This document shows positions 14,024-27,739 of a DNA stretch of 64,000 nt, piece by piece. The stretch covers positions 1 to 64,000 of the forward strand of contig NW_026921569.1 in NCBI RefSeq assembly GCF_032062105.1, in the 5' to 3' direction. This stretch comes from Saccostrea cucullata (Eukaryota). Under the pieces are notes generated by a model. That model ran no database searches and was not told where the DNA came from. It saw nothing but the letters and a program-made list of their open reading frames with translations. Both the position numbers and the translations under genes were made by a program. Positions within the stretch are counted from its first letter, which is position 1. Each line of letters starts with the position of its first letter.

Positions 14024-14809
14024 TCCTATTACGTCCTACTACAGGAAACATTTAATTTTTTTGCTAAATTTATTTTTGTTAATTTGCTTATTTTTCATAT
14101 TGACCAATGATGCAAAAAATCCTTTAGTAACCGAGTGGTTAATTGTTACTATGTTCAATTACACTTTTTTAAAAGTACAGTACAGAATTTCACGTTTTTC
14201 TAAGGAAACGTTTTATCTGTTTATCTTTTAAAAATCAGTTATTATTTAAATCAGATGCAGACTTTTATTCATTGCAATTCCATCTTCATTCTTTTCACAA
14301 ATGGTTGTAACAGTCGATCAATTTCCACTTGTCATAAATTTCAATTTATTAAAAGACATGTATACCACTGGTAGATCCTCAAAGATTCCACTCGCAAAAT
14401 ATTTTACAATGATCAGTTTCTATGCCAAGATATACTACTGACAAAGAAATACGAACGCTAACTCTCGATTCCCGCCTATAAATTGCACCCTTTTAATTCA
14501 ATATAAATGGCAATTTGGGCATAATGCCTCTGTTTGGTACAAAGAAAGGTTCAATGATAATTGACGACTTGTCTTCATACCAGCGCTTAATAGTAAATTA
14601 TCCGTAATTCTACTTCTTTAAAAAAAGGGGTGGGTATCGAAATCGGACTTTCAAACTCACCATATTTTGAAATAGTCTTGGATATAATAAAAGACTGCAT
14701 GTTTCCATTTAGGAAGAGTGCCGTGGCCGCTTTTTCGAACCCTCTAACTTTATCTAATTAACTCAAATCTTAAACTAAACCCATATTTTGTTATCTGTTT
14801 GGTACATAA

Positions 14810-15420
14810 GCGTGAACATGTATCCACATTTAATACTCGTAACAAACAAGATTTTATTGTTCCTAGGTGTAGGTTAGAACTATTTAGAAACTCATTCCTA
14901 CCTGACGCTACAAAACAATAGAATTTATTAAAAACAGAAATACGAGAGAAGCCGTCTCAGTCAAAACATTTTGAAAAACTTGAGAACAAAAATTGATATT
15001 CCACCACCATACTTTTCTTTTGGCAAACGATACACAAATATTCATACCAAATTACGACAATACTGTATACTTAACCATGATCAAAATAAACGAAATATTG
15101 TAAGTAGTCCATTATGTTTTTGTGGAAAAAATGAAGATGTGTATCTTTTTTTTTTCAAGCACAAATTTTTCTAATGCTAGAAGTACTCTTTTAATCATTT
15201 GTTCATGCTTGATTTGGTTTCTATTAATATTAATATATTTTGGAGATATATGGAGAATGCTTATATAGGCTATGCCTGCTGCCCAATCCATTTATGTATT
15301 TTACATAATAAAATATGTTCAAATCAAATTAATATATTATTATGCGGTGATATTTATTTGCCTTTGCAGATAAATAACAGTATTTTTGTGCTGTTCATAA
15401 ATTTATTGACGAAACATGTA
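14810..15420 (+). pseudogene. Degenerate 3' end of CR1/L2-type LINE ORF2
   Basis: Frameshifted FIVPRCRLELFRNSFLP..PPPYFSFGKR..HTKLR..CFCGKNED typical of the LINE RT C-terminus. Confidence 0.6.
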
Positions 15421-16260
15421 GATTTTCTAAATGATGTATTACATTATATTGTATCTATTTATTTATGTATCAATTGTATTATTTTTTTTCTTTTTGCATG
15501 ACATATTGTATTTTATCTCATACGTGTTGGTGATACAGGCCGTTGGATAAACTTATGCTTTATCAACGGGTAGATGCTTTATCAATAGCACTTCCGGTTT
15601 TGACACGAACCCTCGCTTCAAGATTTTATTTTATTGAAACTTTTATTTGTGAAAATTGTTGCCCTTATAAAATGAATGATAAAGGGTAGCAATATCGTTA
15701 AAAGCAAGATGTCAAAGAAGTGTCTTATTTTATCAAGGAATCCGTTGGCTATTTGAAGACAGATGTTACCCCCCCCCCCCTCTTAGATCGTTTTCGGAGA
15801 AAGTAAAGCCTACATGTACCAGTTAAGTTGTTGTTATAAGACTCCTTTGACATCTTTAACAATGCTTTCTTATATTATACTACGTATGCCTACCTAGTAA
15901 TGTAGGTGTAACTTACCATGGATCAGCAAACAATCTAGACAAAGTCTAGGACCCTAGCCTTGCCTAGCACGATTTGTACTGCCATCGTAAAAAGAGTTGA
16001 TTTTCACGATCCCCATAGTCCTAACAACTTTCAGTCAGAAGTTCGTTTGATGTAAAGCTCCATCAATTTTCACATGATGTTTTCAAAGACACAGATAGCA
16101 AATATTCTAAATTTTGAACTCGATCTACTTTCTCTCGACGCATGTAAACATCAACGGTGCTACGTCATCAAGTTATACGTCATCAATTTGATTTTGGTAG
16201 TCATTCATGTAGTTTCGCAGGGGAAGTCTCAAAGTTTTGTTAAAACGAAAGTCGTATGAG

Positions 16261-16418
16261 ATAAATAGAACATCTATTATAATTGTGTGATTTGATATTG
16301 GCTTTATCCAACTCGTTGAAATGGTGTATATTCGCTCGGCAAGCCTCGCGAATATATATACCATTTCAACTTGTTGGATAAAGCCAATATCAAATCACAC
16401 AATATAGATATCCTCTAT
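16261..16418. mobile_element. Palindromic fold-back element (possibly Crypton-type)
   Basis: ATTGTGTGATTTGATATTGGCTTTATCCAAC / GTTGGATAAAGCCAATATCAAATCACACAAT arms. Confidence 0.6.
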
Positions 16419-16907
16419 ATATAAGGAGAGGAATTCACTAATTTATTTAAAACCTGTTTCCAATCGTTTGGATTGATATCAATAAAATATTTTCAAAACA
16501 TAACTTGCAAGAGTTTTCATTGAAAACAGCGCTTTAGTTTTATTTCAGGTAATTAAAAAAGCCCTCTAGAGGGTATTAATTCCGGAATGTTGCGCTTGTC
16601 TGAGTTGGGTTTTAATTGTGACACATTAATATTCGGAATAGGAGGGTGGGGGGGCACTATATCACTTTATTGATCGATTAAAACAAGATGTACATGTAAT
16701 AGCCATTTATAATGGCTTCTGGGATATTATACAAAATATACAGAAACACAAAGAACTTCTAAATTATTACACCAGTTTTTTTTCCGTTTTTTCTTTTTTT
16801 GAAATATGGGTGCTTTGGAGGATCTTTGAGATGTACGTTCTCCCTTCCTAAATCCATACCACCCCCCCCCCAATTTTGTAGGTTTCTAGGTGGAAATCAA
16901 ACACTTA

Positions 16908-17960
16908 CGAGGGGTCATCAAAAAGTTCGTGGACTAGCCCCATAAAATTAAAACCGCTTTAGGTACATCAATGAATTTTAAAATACCTAGTTAGCATCAT
17001 CTTTTCAATCTAAAGAATAAACCATAAATCATAAATTTTAATTTTTAATAAACTAGTAATGTTTTTGTAGGCAATGGTATGTCCAGGCGGCGCAACCTCG
17101 AACACGACGTTTTTGCGAACTATGTGTAACTGAGAAAAACTCTTTTGATATGAACATTTGACATCCAAAAATCGTGTTATTTCGGGTATGTGTCGGGACA
17201 CAATCATGTCATAAAATATGAAATTTTAACTTCTTTCTGGAAGTTCTATGAAATTTTATCGTGAATTATACAACGAATGTCCAAACAAATGAGGCCTTGA
17301 AAATGACGTCAAAAGGGGGAGGAGTTTCCTTTTCCAACATTCTATAAAGTTTTGCCCCTGGAAAAATTGGTAAATATCTTAAGAAATGTTTAAACTGGCT
17401 ACAGAGAAATAATATGCAGCCAGATTACTTGTCTTTTTAATGTCAAAATAAGATTCAGAGAGAAAGGGATGCTTAGTTCATGTCGATATGTAGTCAAGGT
17501 GTGAAAATCAATTACGTCAAAAAATGACCTTGATCATGTGTTGTAGATATTGAACTCCCAAAAGCAAAATATGCCGGCACAATCAAGCGAAGATATTCCC
17601 CAATGTATAAATCCATTCGGAATATTATATTCATTGAATGACATAGTAAAGACATATAAATAAGGCGGGTTTAAGTCCTTACTCAGCTCCAGGGAATCTC
17701 ATCAAAAAAAGTGTACGAGGTCTAAGTAAACATTGAAAAAACAATGACGTTGTCGGATGAAAATAAACGACGACAGGGCCGGGTGATCGCATAATGTCGA
17801 TTTTATTTTATAATAATTTGGCAAATAATGAACGTATCAGGCTAAATTTTCAACATTTCTTTATTTTGTGTTGTTTTATGTACAATATAAATTTTGAAAG
17901 CACGTACTACATAGTACTAATTTTATAGCCTCAATCCACGAACTTTGTGATAACCCCTTG
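16908..17960. mobile_element. Mariner-type MITE
   Basis: TA-CGAGGGGTCATCAAAAAGTTCGTGGA / TCCACGAACTTTGTGATAACCCCTTG-TA. Confidence 0.7.
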
Positions 17961-18045
17961 TAAAAATAAACTGATTAACTGATTAAGGAAGCCTACTCGT
18001 CTATGAACACGGAAAAAGTCATATTAAAGAATAACTTCTTTTTTT

Positions 18046-18049
<4 letters not shown>

Positions 18050-18095
<46 letters not shown>
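18050..18095. repeat. (CT)n microsatellite
   Basis: Direct observation. Confidence 0.95.
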
Positions 18096-18098
<3 letters not shown>

Positions 18099-19715
18099 CC
18101 CCGTGCTTTTAAAGGTACAGTAGATACTTAGTGCATATAATGGTGTACAGAATTTTTTTTGCGATGTCATTACATTTTGTCCAATTTTATATTCCATTAC
18201 GCTATTAAAATACTTGGCAGAAAAAATTCGATGCTGATTAATTGCCAATGTATATGTAAACAGAGACATATCTTTTTTTTAAAAAGTTGATTGCTTTTCG
18301 ACGGAATTTTTATCGGAGCTACAGCCACGTGGTTTACTGATTTTTTTTGTATTCACAAGATACATATTACCTGTGAAAAAGGAATCTTTGTGTCACGGGG
18401 GAATGTTTTAAAAATATTTTCCATTTTCCGTTGATTTCTTTAGTGAAAGAAAAGTTTTAGCAAAATTTTAGAGTTATTTCCCTTTTTTTTTTCAAATAAG
18501 TAATGTTTTATGAAAACCCATATAATTACTTATGAAAATTTACAAAAAAAAATATCGAATATGTTAACTTTTGAAAAATGACTTAAAGGTAGTCGGGAGA
18601 AAAATACTATCATTTGCAGTTCTTTGTTCATATTACTAAGGTATCAAACAGTATACTTGTTTATAGTTTAATTGTTTTAAATCAACATTTCGCAAGGACT
18701 GCTCTTTGTTAACCGATTGTATTTTAATGAAGGTCACGACTGGCCTTACCGAATGCAGTGGATGTTTCCTCCACTATGGCACCAGATCAAAATTCTGATC
18801 TTTTGGGAAAACTGATCTCCTGTGTTCTCAATTTGAAAATACAACTTTAAGCTTAATAAGTTGGCCTTTTTATTTATATACGCAATCATTTTTTTCTACT
18901 TTAACCTAAGTAATATCAATACTTTAAATTTGACATTTAATAACAAATACTAGTATTTTCAATAAATTGCAATATTTTTACAAAAATTTATCATATCTAA
19001 GTTTTGGTGCCGGTGTTGCTTAATTCGGAAAAGTGTCGCCTGTTGTTGAAAAAACCCATATTATGTGTATTCATTAAATACAGATCTACTTATATACAAC
19101 GCATTCGCAAGATAAAGATCAACTATATATATGCTTCAAAACATTATCTGACTAAATTATGAATTTATATGCTTATATACCAGAAAAATGGTTGTCCATG
19201 CTTAATATTTTTAGTTCAATACACAGGGATTCTTTTTCAGTCTGGGAAACAAGATTAAGTATCTTTGTTCATAGATGCAATTGTATAACGGTGTTTCGTT
19301 GATGTTTCGGGGGTCCGTGTTTGCTCTGCTCTGCTCTTGTTTTGTATTGTTTTATGGACTTACAGATTGTATACTGTTCGTTATCTCCATATCCTTCCTT
19401 TGAAAGGCGAGCAATTTCCTTATCTGTTTCATAATGGTCAATAGCTACATAAACATTATTGTTTTATTAAGTAACCACTTGAGTAACATAATACAAATAT
19501 TGTAAAACAAAATCTTCTCGTCATCCCTGTTCATAATATTTAGACAGTTAGCAATACAGATACATGTATTTGTAGTAAACTCAGGAACATTCCAAGAGGT
19601 TTTTAAAACTTAGTAACAGGACAAGTATTCTATATATTTACAGTGACACAATTAACTTAATCAATATTTATATATAAGAAAATTCTAACCAGGAAGCTGT
19701 TTATTTAGAGAGAAA

Positions 19716-22700
19716 ATGACAAAATGGAAGCATGTTGTTGAATGTAAGTAAATGCATGTATTTCTGCTATTAGAGAACACAAAACACGTAACGAACAAAT
19801 ATCTGTTTTACGAACTGTAAACTTGTTTACTTTGTGATTACCTGTGTAACTGACGAAACGTACGGACCAATCACTCGTATAGAAGTATTTAAATTTACAC
19901 AGGATCTTTTTATTTTGTATTACATGTAATGTTATGTACATACAAACATGTATACATATAAAATTGAATTGTAATATACGAATGTTCATTTTTGATAAAG
20001 GAAACTGTTGATTTTAAATGTACAGATACAGTGAAATTTTCTGTGTCCACTATAAAGTTCCTGCTGAGACTCCGTTTGCGGGATGTAAATCTCATGTGAT
20101 GTTCCATCTATGGCACCCAATACGTTTTGCATGTTGTTCCAGTGAGCACTCATGGATAACCATTTTGCTGCTGTTGGCCAGCGAATTTCTGAAGCCAGTA
20201 TGTCCCACAACATAAACCATGTTCTCTTCAAAATGTAGCCTACACTAGATGTACTTGCTCCGAAGCATAGAGAAAGCAATGGATAAGTTCGTTTCTGCCT
20301 AAGCCGTATTAATGTCATTAAAACTCTATTTTCTGAATTTATTAACTGCCCATTTCTCATGTTTCCATGCAACTCAACGTATAAGAAAAGTCTATTCATT
20401 AATTCTAGAAATGAATCAATCGTCTCACCACTCAGTATCCAGAACTCAAAGGGCCTCGATCTTAGGTCTCGGTAAGTACCCCAGCAGGTCCAGGACAAGC
20501 CCTGGTGGGGTCCAGAGGAGAAACCACCGGAAACTAAAGGATTCTAACAAATTAGAGTGTTTTTCCCTGTTAATTTTAAGATAATCCAATTAAAAAAAAA
20601 ATCAAATGGGGGGGGGGGGGCGCGTCCGGCGCGCCGGTGCTGGATCCGCCTTTGATAATTACAAAATGAATATGAAGCGAGTGATGGTATTCATAAACTA
20701 GTAATACGGTTAATATCGTCGAGTTACGTTCCTTTGTTGGGTGTTAGGTGTTCTCTATTAGATCAATATTTTACACAATTCTCAATTTTTGATAAAATTG
20801 CCAAGTGGGTTGAAGAAATACATGAATCAATTAAGAGGTTTAAGATGACACGGGCATATGGATAACACATCTTTAATTTGTTGTTTGTTTGTCTATTGTT
20901 TAACGTCCCTCGAGAAAATATATTACTCATATGAAGACGTCATCATTTGCCGGTGGAGAGCTGCAAATTTTGCCGTATATGTAGCACTCAGGGCCATTGA
21001 ATAGTGAGGGATCTTTATCGTGCCAACACCACCTGGGACCTCAGTTTATGTTGAGGAAATCGTGAATTCTGAATCTTTTTGCTGCTTCCGTACATCTTCA
21101 GGAAGTCTCAGAATATATGCTGAAATATATTGTTTGGAGATAACGAACAATATTCATATTTTAAAATTATGTTTAATATAACGCTATCATAATGAATATA
21201 ATTACAGAACATCAATTTTAATAATTGCATATACGCGTCGCCGGTAAAACTGTTTGCAACCATTAAATCAGCATTAACGGTCGCAAATACCAAATAAGAA
21301 GATAGTTAGTCCCTAATTTCAATTCATGAAAAAGTTTCTGGCAAGTTCTTTGTCTTCATAAACCGTGTACAAACTATTATAAGCTTCTGCAGAGGAATTT
21401 TCAAGATATACGTTTAACTTTACAGCCGTTCGTTTCTCGTTTAAGACTGAGTCAGCCATTTGTTGTCATGAGTGATCTACTTAATGAGGTCATTTTCACA
21501 TTGTGACGTCACAATCACTTGGCAAAATATTCCATAACATATGCTCTGTGTAGAACATGTGTGCCAAATTTTATTCGGATCTGAATTGTGGTTTTGTAAA
21601 TATAGAGATTTTTTATCACCCCATGTATGCGTCTCAATAAATGTTTCACAAATGAAATTACAAATAATATAAAAGTAACATACTGCATGTAACTTTTATC
21701 CATTTAATATTTATTCAATTGGAATTATAAAACAGGAAACTTTATTTGTGAAGTGGCAGGTATGGATAGATACATCCTGGCATGCCAGGGATCTTTAGTC
21801 AATACGTTGCCGTTAAACGCTTGGTATATTTCAATAAATATCCTTGGCTTGCTTTTCTTATTGAAAATACGAATAAATTTAAATGTTTTAATAATAGTCA
21901 GATTTAGTTGGCGATTGATTGAGAGGTAAGAAAGCTTTTCAATTTTCCTGAAAGACGTAGGTACAGTTTTTCCACGAATATTGAAAGAAATATTAGTATG
22001 TCAAGAGTCTAACAGCAACGTTAACGTGACGACTCAGGACCCATGGTTTGCGAGGATGGGTAGGGATCAATATATCTTAGTATGTGCTTCATTTTCACTG
22101 AATTTATAGAAACAAAAGAAAACCAAAACCCAAACTTCTATAACTAAACCATAATGTCTTAAATAAAGTTTTAGTTTATCACTAGTTTTACATGTATTAT
22201 ATTGTTCCCAGAAAAATTCAGCCAGAATATGAAATATACACATTGAGCACGCTCTCCTAGTTGTATTCTTGCTAGAAATAATATTGGTGAAATAAATATG
22301 TTTGATTCTATACTTTAAATCTAAAAGACTCTGCATTACACCGATGCGTTCAAGCTTTTCGATCATATTCATACACGTTCATACACGTTCAATGTAATAG
22401 CATGTGTTCATTTATTTTGTAATTGAATAGTCCACTTTGTTGTTTGAAATATCCAATGTTCAGTTGAAAATATAAAATATTGACAAGTGCATTACTAGAA
22501 ATGCCCTGCCATGCAGACCGTGTATATATATAAAAATAGTTTCAGCTAAGTTTTTTTTATATATGTCATGGATTTGGGGGAGGGAGTTACTAAGCAGACT
22601 GGCTTCATACCTAACCTATTTACCAAAAAGCATTACATTATAAATTCATAGTTTAATAACATGTATTAAATTTCAGGGTTCCTTAAATCTCTGATTTTGC

Positions 22701-25700
22701 ATTATGGTTGCTCAGCATACAACATAAACAGGTATGTATAAAAGTTTAAAGCAAGTAATATCAATTATAATTAAATGTGATAAGTATTATTCATATTCTC
22801 CTGGCTCTTTGTGGAAAAAATCTGAATAAGGGATTTAAAAAACACAATTATCTCTTCTGAATATTAAGTTAAAATCATAAATTGTTGGAGAAGAAAACTT
22901 TGGAATAAAAAAAAATTATGAGAAATAATAAAAGAATAATACATTAAGTAGATTGACAAAATCTATGAGTAAGGCAATTTTTAGTCTGTCATTCGGCAGA
23001 AGACACACAAAAATACTATAGTTGATAGCCGAATGAATGAAACTAATGTGAATAATGGTGTAGTTATATCAGACTTGAATACTTATTGAAAAAAAAAATA
23101 CTCATGCATGCAAACGTTACTGAAATTTAAATTTTGCTAATTCTGAAAACTCCTTGCTAAATTATAAGGGATGGCTCTTTTCGTATGCCGTGGATGACAC
23201 GAATTAAAATGAAGATACTGATGCGTGTCTGTTGGCTTGTAATAGATATCTGTCTAAATGACATCGTTTTCCTTAATTACCATGATGTCCAGAAATGGAA
23301 TTCTATCTGTACTTTCCTCCGCTGTAAATCTTATATCAGGATTAAGTTCATTCAGTAATGTTTTAAAGGTAGACAATTTGTTGTCGCTGTATTTCCAAAC
23401 AATAAAACAATCGTCCAGATATTTTTTCCAGTTATAAGTAATGTAAAGTTTCCCCTCTTCGTTGAACTGCTCTTCCATTTTCTTATACATTTTTTCTTCT
23501 AAGTATTCTAATGTGGCATATGTAGGAGCTATTTTTGTGCCCATAGCCGTTCCTTTTATTTGTTTAAAATGTTTTCCATTAAACGTGAATGTATTATTAG
23601 ATAGTACTATTTCTGTTGCTTCTGATATAAAATCTTTTGTAAATCTGCCGTTAATTTTGTCGGGATTTTCACTTATCCAGGAATCCACGGCTTCTAGTCC
23701 TAGGGAACTTGATATATTGCTGTACAAGTTTATTACACCCAGTGTAACGAGTTTACTGTTATTTTCCACTTTCTCGGGTAAATGACGTAGAAAATCAAAG
23801 TCATCTCGTACATAACTTTTGACTCCAGAACATAACGGTTTTAGAAGAATTACTGAGTCTCTGTGTTGGTGCCGATGGCCCACCTACTATTAGTCAAAAT
23901 GTGAGATCTTCTGAATAAGGAGAGATTATGTATTCCGAGCACTTGGACTTGATAGCCTCTTTTATATGTCTAGATTTACGAATCTTTTGCAGTCCATAAA
24001 AACTACTTTCACTGTATTCATAATTTATTAAGAAGTCTTCCTCTTTCTTTGTTAGACTTGATGTAGTTTTATTTTGTTTCAAAAGATTCTTAATTTTTGC
24101 ATTGTTTTTTTTCGTTGTTGTTTGGAATTTCTTCGTAGTACTCCGTATTCGATAGCATGTTCATTATATGAACTTTATAAAAATTAGAATCCATGATTAC
24201 AATTGCGCCACCTTTGTCCGCTTCTTTTATAACAATAGATTCATCACTCGACAATGATTGAAGTGCATTCTTCTCTTCTTTTGTTAGATTCCATTTTATT
24301 TTTGGTTTTGTTTTTATTCAGCGGCAAAGTATTTAATGTCTCACAAACAACATCTAGAATTTCGTTTCGTCCTTTCTTAGGGTTAAGGTGAGATTTGTTG
24401 CGTACGAGGTCTTCTTCCTCTTCTGAATCTGAATCACTCTCGTTTTCTTTATTGAAATATTCAGCTAGCCTCATTTTCTTGTTGTCCCCCGCTTGAAAAG
24501 TGGGGGATATTAATTTGGGTTTGTCCGTCCGTCCGTCTTTCTGTCTGTCTTTAATCGTGTAGGTCACAGTCAAGGTCATAAGGTCATTGACCATGAAGTC
24601 ATTTAAAAGATTAATACCAATGTTTATCCTTTGTTTAGTGCGATTATTCATTAACTATCAAGAGCATGTATTTAAATAAATGTGTCGCGTTTTTATGTGC
24701 AGGCTACATCTAATTTACAATGAGATGCCTCATAAAATCGTACTTTCGCAAGGGCATACACTTAATAGATCTTAACCATGTTTTGAATATAAATAAAGGA
24801 TATGTTCCTTAACTTGAAAAGTGCTGCTGCTTTCTTTAAATCGAGGGCGTGATTTTATAAGTACCCAAAATATTTGGTAAAAGTCAAACATATTTCGACA
24901 TTGGCTTATTTACCTGAAAATTTAACTATTAAAACGCAAATTCTATTCAAAGCAGCAGCACTTTTCAGAAACTACAAAGTATGCAGAAACAATTAATAGT
25001 TTGAATTTTTAATTTCAACTAGGGTATGCCCTTGCGATATTGAAATTTGTTCATGACCTACATTCAGTACACGAACTGTGCATTCTTCACGTGACTGTCC
25101 ATCGATTGGACTAAACTTCATACAGTACAGAGTGGACTATACTATGCTATTTCCATAAGTATTTGAGTTCTGTGATAATAAAACAGCTTAATTAAAATAA
25201 ATTCAGTTTTAAGAAGACCCCCCTTTCTGCACGTCTATTTTCCGTTGATTTCTCATACATGTAGTAGGCCTTAACAGAGCTGCGAAGATTTTGTTCTTAT
25301 GCAATGTAATTTTATACCAAAACTCCCTAGGACCTCTCTCACCTCTTTCAAAGTGCCCCGCTCCGTTTGTTTCATTAGTATTTATAGTATTATATGTCGC
25401 TATTTTTAGCAGAGGGGCATGAGGAGAGTTATTGCGCATAAAACAGGTTCTCGGCGGACTTTATGTTCTTATTACATCTCTTAGAACTGTTTAATAAAGG
25501 CTAAATAAATCAAACACCATGGATTGTGAAAAATTTTGACAATACCGAACATGAATATATACATGTATGTGATTTCACTTCTGCATATACTTGATGCTAT
25601 GTAAAGAGACTCCGTGGTCCAGTGGTATGTTTCTCGCTTCCCATGTGAGAGGTCCCAAGTTCAATTCCCGGGCGGACCACTTTTTTTCTTAGAAATACTT

Positions 25701-27706
25701 TATTTTTTTTTACTAAATAATAGTTATTCAGCACGCAAAATAAACAATTTACGAGGTCTAGCTTGTACAAACTCATAAAATCATCTTTACAGTGTGATAA
25801 ATATTCCGTATAAAAAGAATCTACTATACACATAATAAAGAATAAGCAATTAAATCTTTATATCCATAATGGTATATTTTATTTGTTTCAGCATACATGC
25901 ATGTATACATTTAATAATTCGACAAATTCAGTGAGGGGGATATGACTCTCCCCCCTCCCCCTGAACTGCGCATGTTTTACTTTTTCCTTAAGCGGGGGAC
26001 ACAAATGCTCTGAATTAGCTTGTATATTCTTTAATATCGGTCCTTAATTCTTGATTATTACTATGAGGCGTAGGAGTGAATTTTAAACCTTTGGATCACA
26101 GATGTATCTCCGAGTCACTTAAAGGTCTGTTTGAAAGGTTGATAACTTTTAGGGTCAACGTTTTTTGTTGTAGGTTTAGAATTCAAGTCTTGTTCCGCAC
26201 CTTTCGTCGTGTATTCATTGGGTGGTGTTAGTGCTTCTTGTACTTGTTTTACCAGTCCTGAAATAAGTTGTTTGCCCCTTGGTTGGGTTTGCCGCCCCCT
26301 AAAAAATAGTTTCTGGCTTTTTTTTCTATGTATGTCACACGGTTAGTTTTGTACATGTTGAGTGAATAGCCTTTAGATTGAAGATAATATATTTCGTCCC
26401 TTGAAGATATTTTTCCATATGTTCTAGGGTTCTGAATTGCTTTGAATGGAATACTTTGTTTGTGGATCTTTGGTTTACTAAACATTTGCTTTTTCTGAGT
26501 GTTGTATTTTCGCGAACTTGTCACCGTTGGTAGAGTGTTTTGTGTATCATATCTCGGTGGGTCGTTTCTAACGGCATCTGCATAATTTCTACGTGGCATT
26601 GCGTTGGCTTTTCTACTTTGTTGTTTTTTAACTCTTTTGTGCTTTGTAGGTTCCTTTCCATACTTATTCTCGTAATCTAACAGCCAAGCTTCCTTATATC
26701 GCCATTTGTTGAACGATTTCTGTTCTTCTCTTGTACAATCTGATTCCCACATTTTTAGAAGAATTTCGAGTACTTTACCTGATGCTTTGTTCCTTATTTC
26801 TTTTTCCATTTGTGAATCGAAATCAATTCTTGAAGCTTCCTTTTGTAATGCCAATTCATTAATTTCTCTTGGTAATAACTGCGTTGGGGATTGAATTGAG
26901 CTTACCTCGATTTCGGTGAAAACAGCCTTCAATATAGTTTCCTCTTCATCCAAAAGTGTAGGTACTTGATTGTGAACAGGTGGGATTTGACTGCATACAT
27001 CAATTAAATTCTCCAGCAGATTATTTGTAATATCCGTTTTGTTTATCATTAAATCAATTTTCTCAATCAGTTCTGAAAATTGTTCATTTCGTTCAAATTC
27101 TTTCTCCCTCTGAGTAGTACTCCGTGTTTCCATCTCGATCACTGGTAATGTATAGATAAATCCAAGAAAAATCACAGTGGTCGGTGATAAATATGAAAAT
27201 TATTTTAAATAAATAAAAACACAGAGAACGAGTAAAACATAAGCGCCTTCATTTCTTCTTCATGATGTTTTACAAAATACTCATGGTATATATAAATTCA
27301 TTTAAGGTATATCGCTTTTTTTAGTATGTTTAGATGCAAAATCCAAGGATTGGTAATTTTTAATTAATATGAATTTTTTTTGAAAGAGTATTCATGCAGT
27401 GTAATTTGAATAGTTTTCAACTTTAAGTGTTCTTTTGTTTTGATAACAAAAAATCACAATTTGAGCTGAAGTGTAAATAATTTAAAAAATTAAAAAAGAA
27501 ATATTATTTACCTTTAAGTGAGGTGTGCCTTCAAAAGTTGTTCGATTTTGCCTGGGGAGATAAGGGATGCAACTTTACGTTGGCAGATGCTAAACAATGG
27601 CTTGAAACAGGTAAGCAAATGAAAATGGTCCAATTCCGAGTTATGAAGCCATCCTTGGCCTAAATAGGGACTTTTTTAGGAGAGAATAATAATAGTAACT
27701 AGATGA

Positions 27707-27739
<33 letters not shown>

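Larger units (their letters stand above)
11548..14440 (+). repeat. Segmental duplication block (upstream of paralog 2), homologous to ~45520-47960 (upstream of paralog 3)
   Basis: Collinear matches 11550-11890/45520-45870, 12525-12660/46280-46415, 14050-14345/46470-46750, 14375-14440/47870-47960, separated by different TE insertions. Confidence 0.8.
19070..23150 (+). repeat. Segmental duplication block (promoter to intron 2 of paralog 2), homologous to ~59915-61925
   Basis: Long collinear intronic and upstream matches; further match 27320-27375/62600-62655. Confidence 0.85.
23140..27250 (-). mobile_element. Degenerate Penelope-like retroelement: 308-aa upstream ORF (26249-27175) plus disrupted RT, split by an insertion at ~24480-26022
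   Basis: VINLS..SKGLKFTPTP, KEADKGGAIV, SYVRD, LYSNI, GTAMGT, YLDDCF, PFLD, YYKPTDTHQYLHFNSCHP motifs; stops and frameshifts. Confidence 0.85.

Noticed and set aside
27325-27352. 28-bp AG/GT-bounded segment conserved with ~62605 as an extra exon
   Set aside because: Exon 22677-22731 joins 27519 in frame without it. The donor is weak in paralog 3 and the changes are not synonymous.
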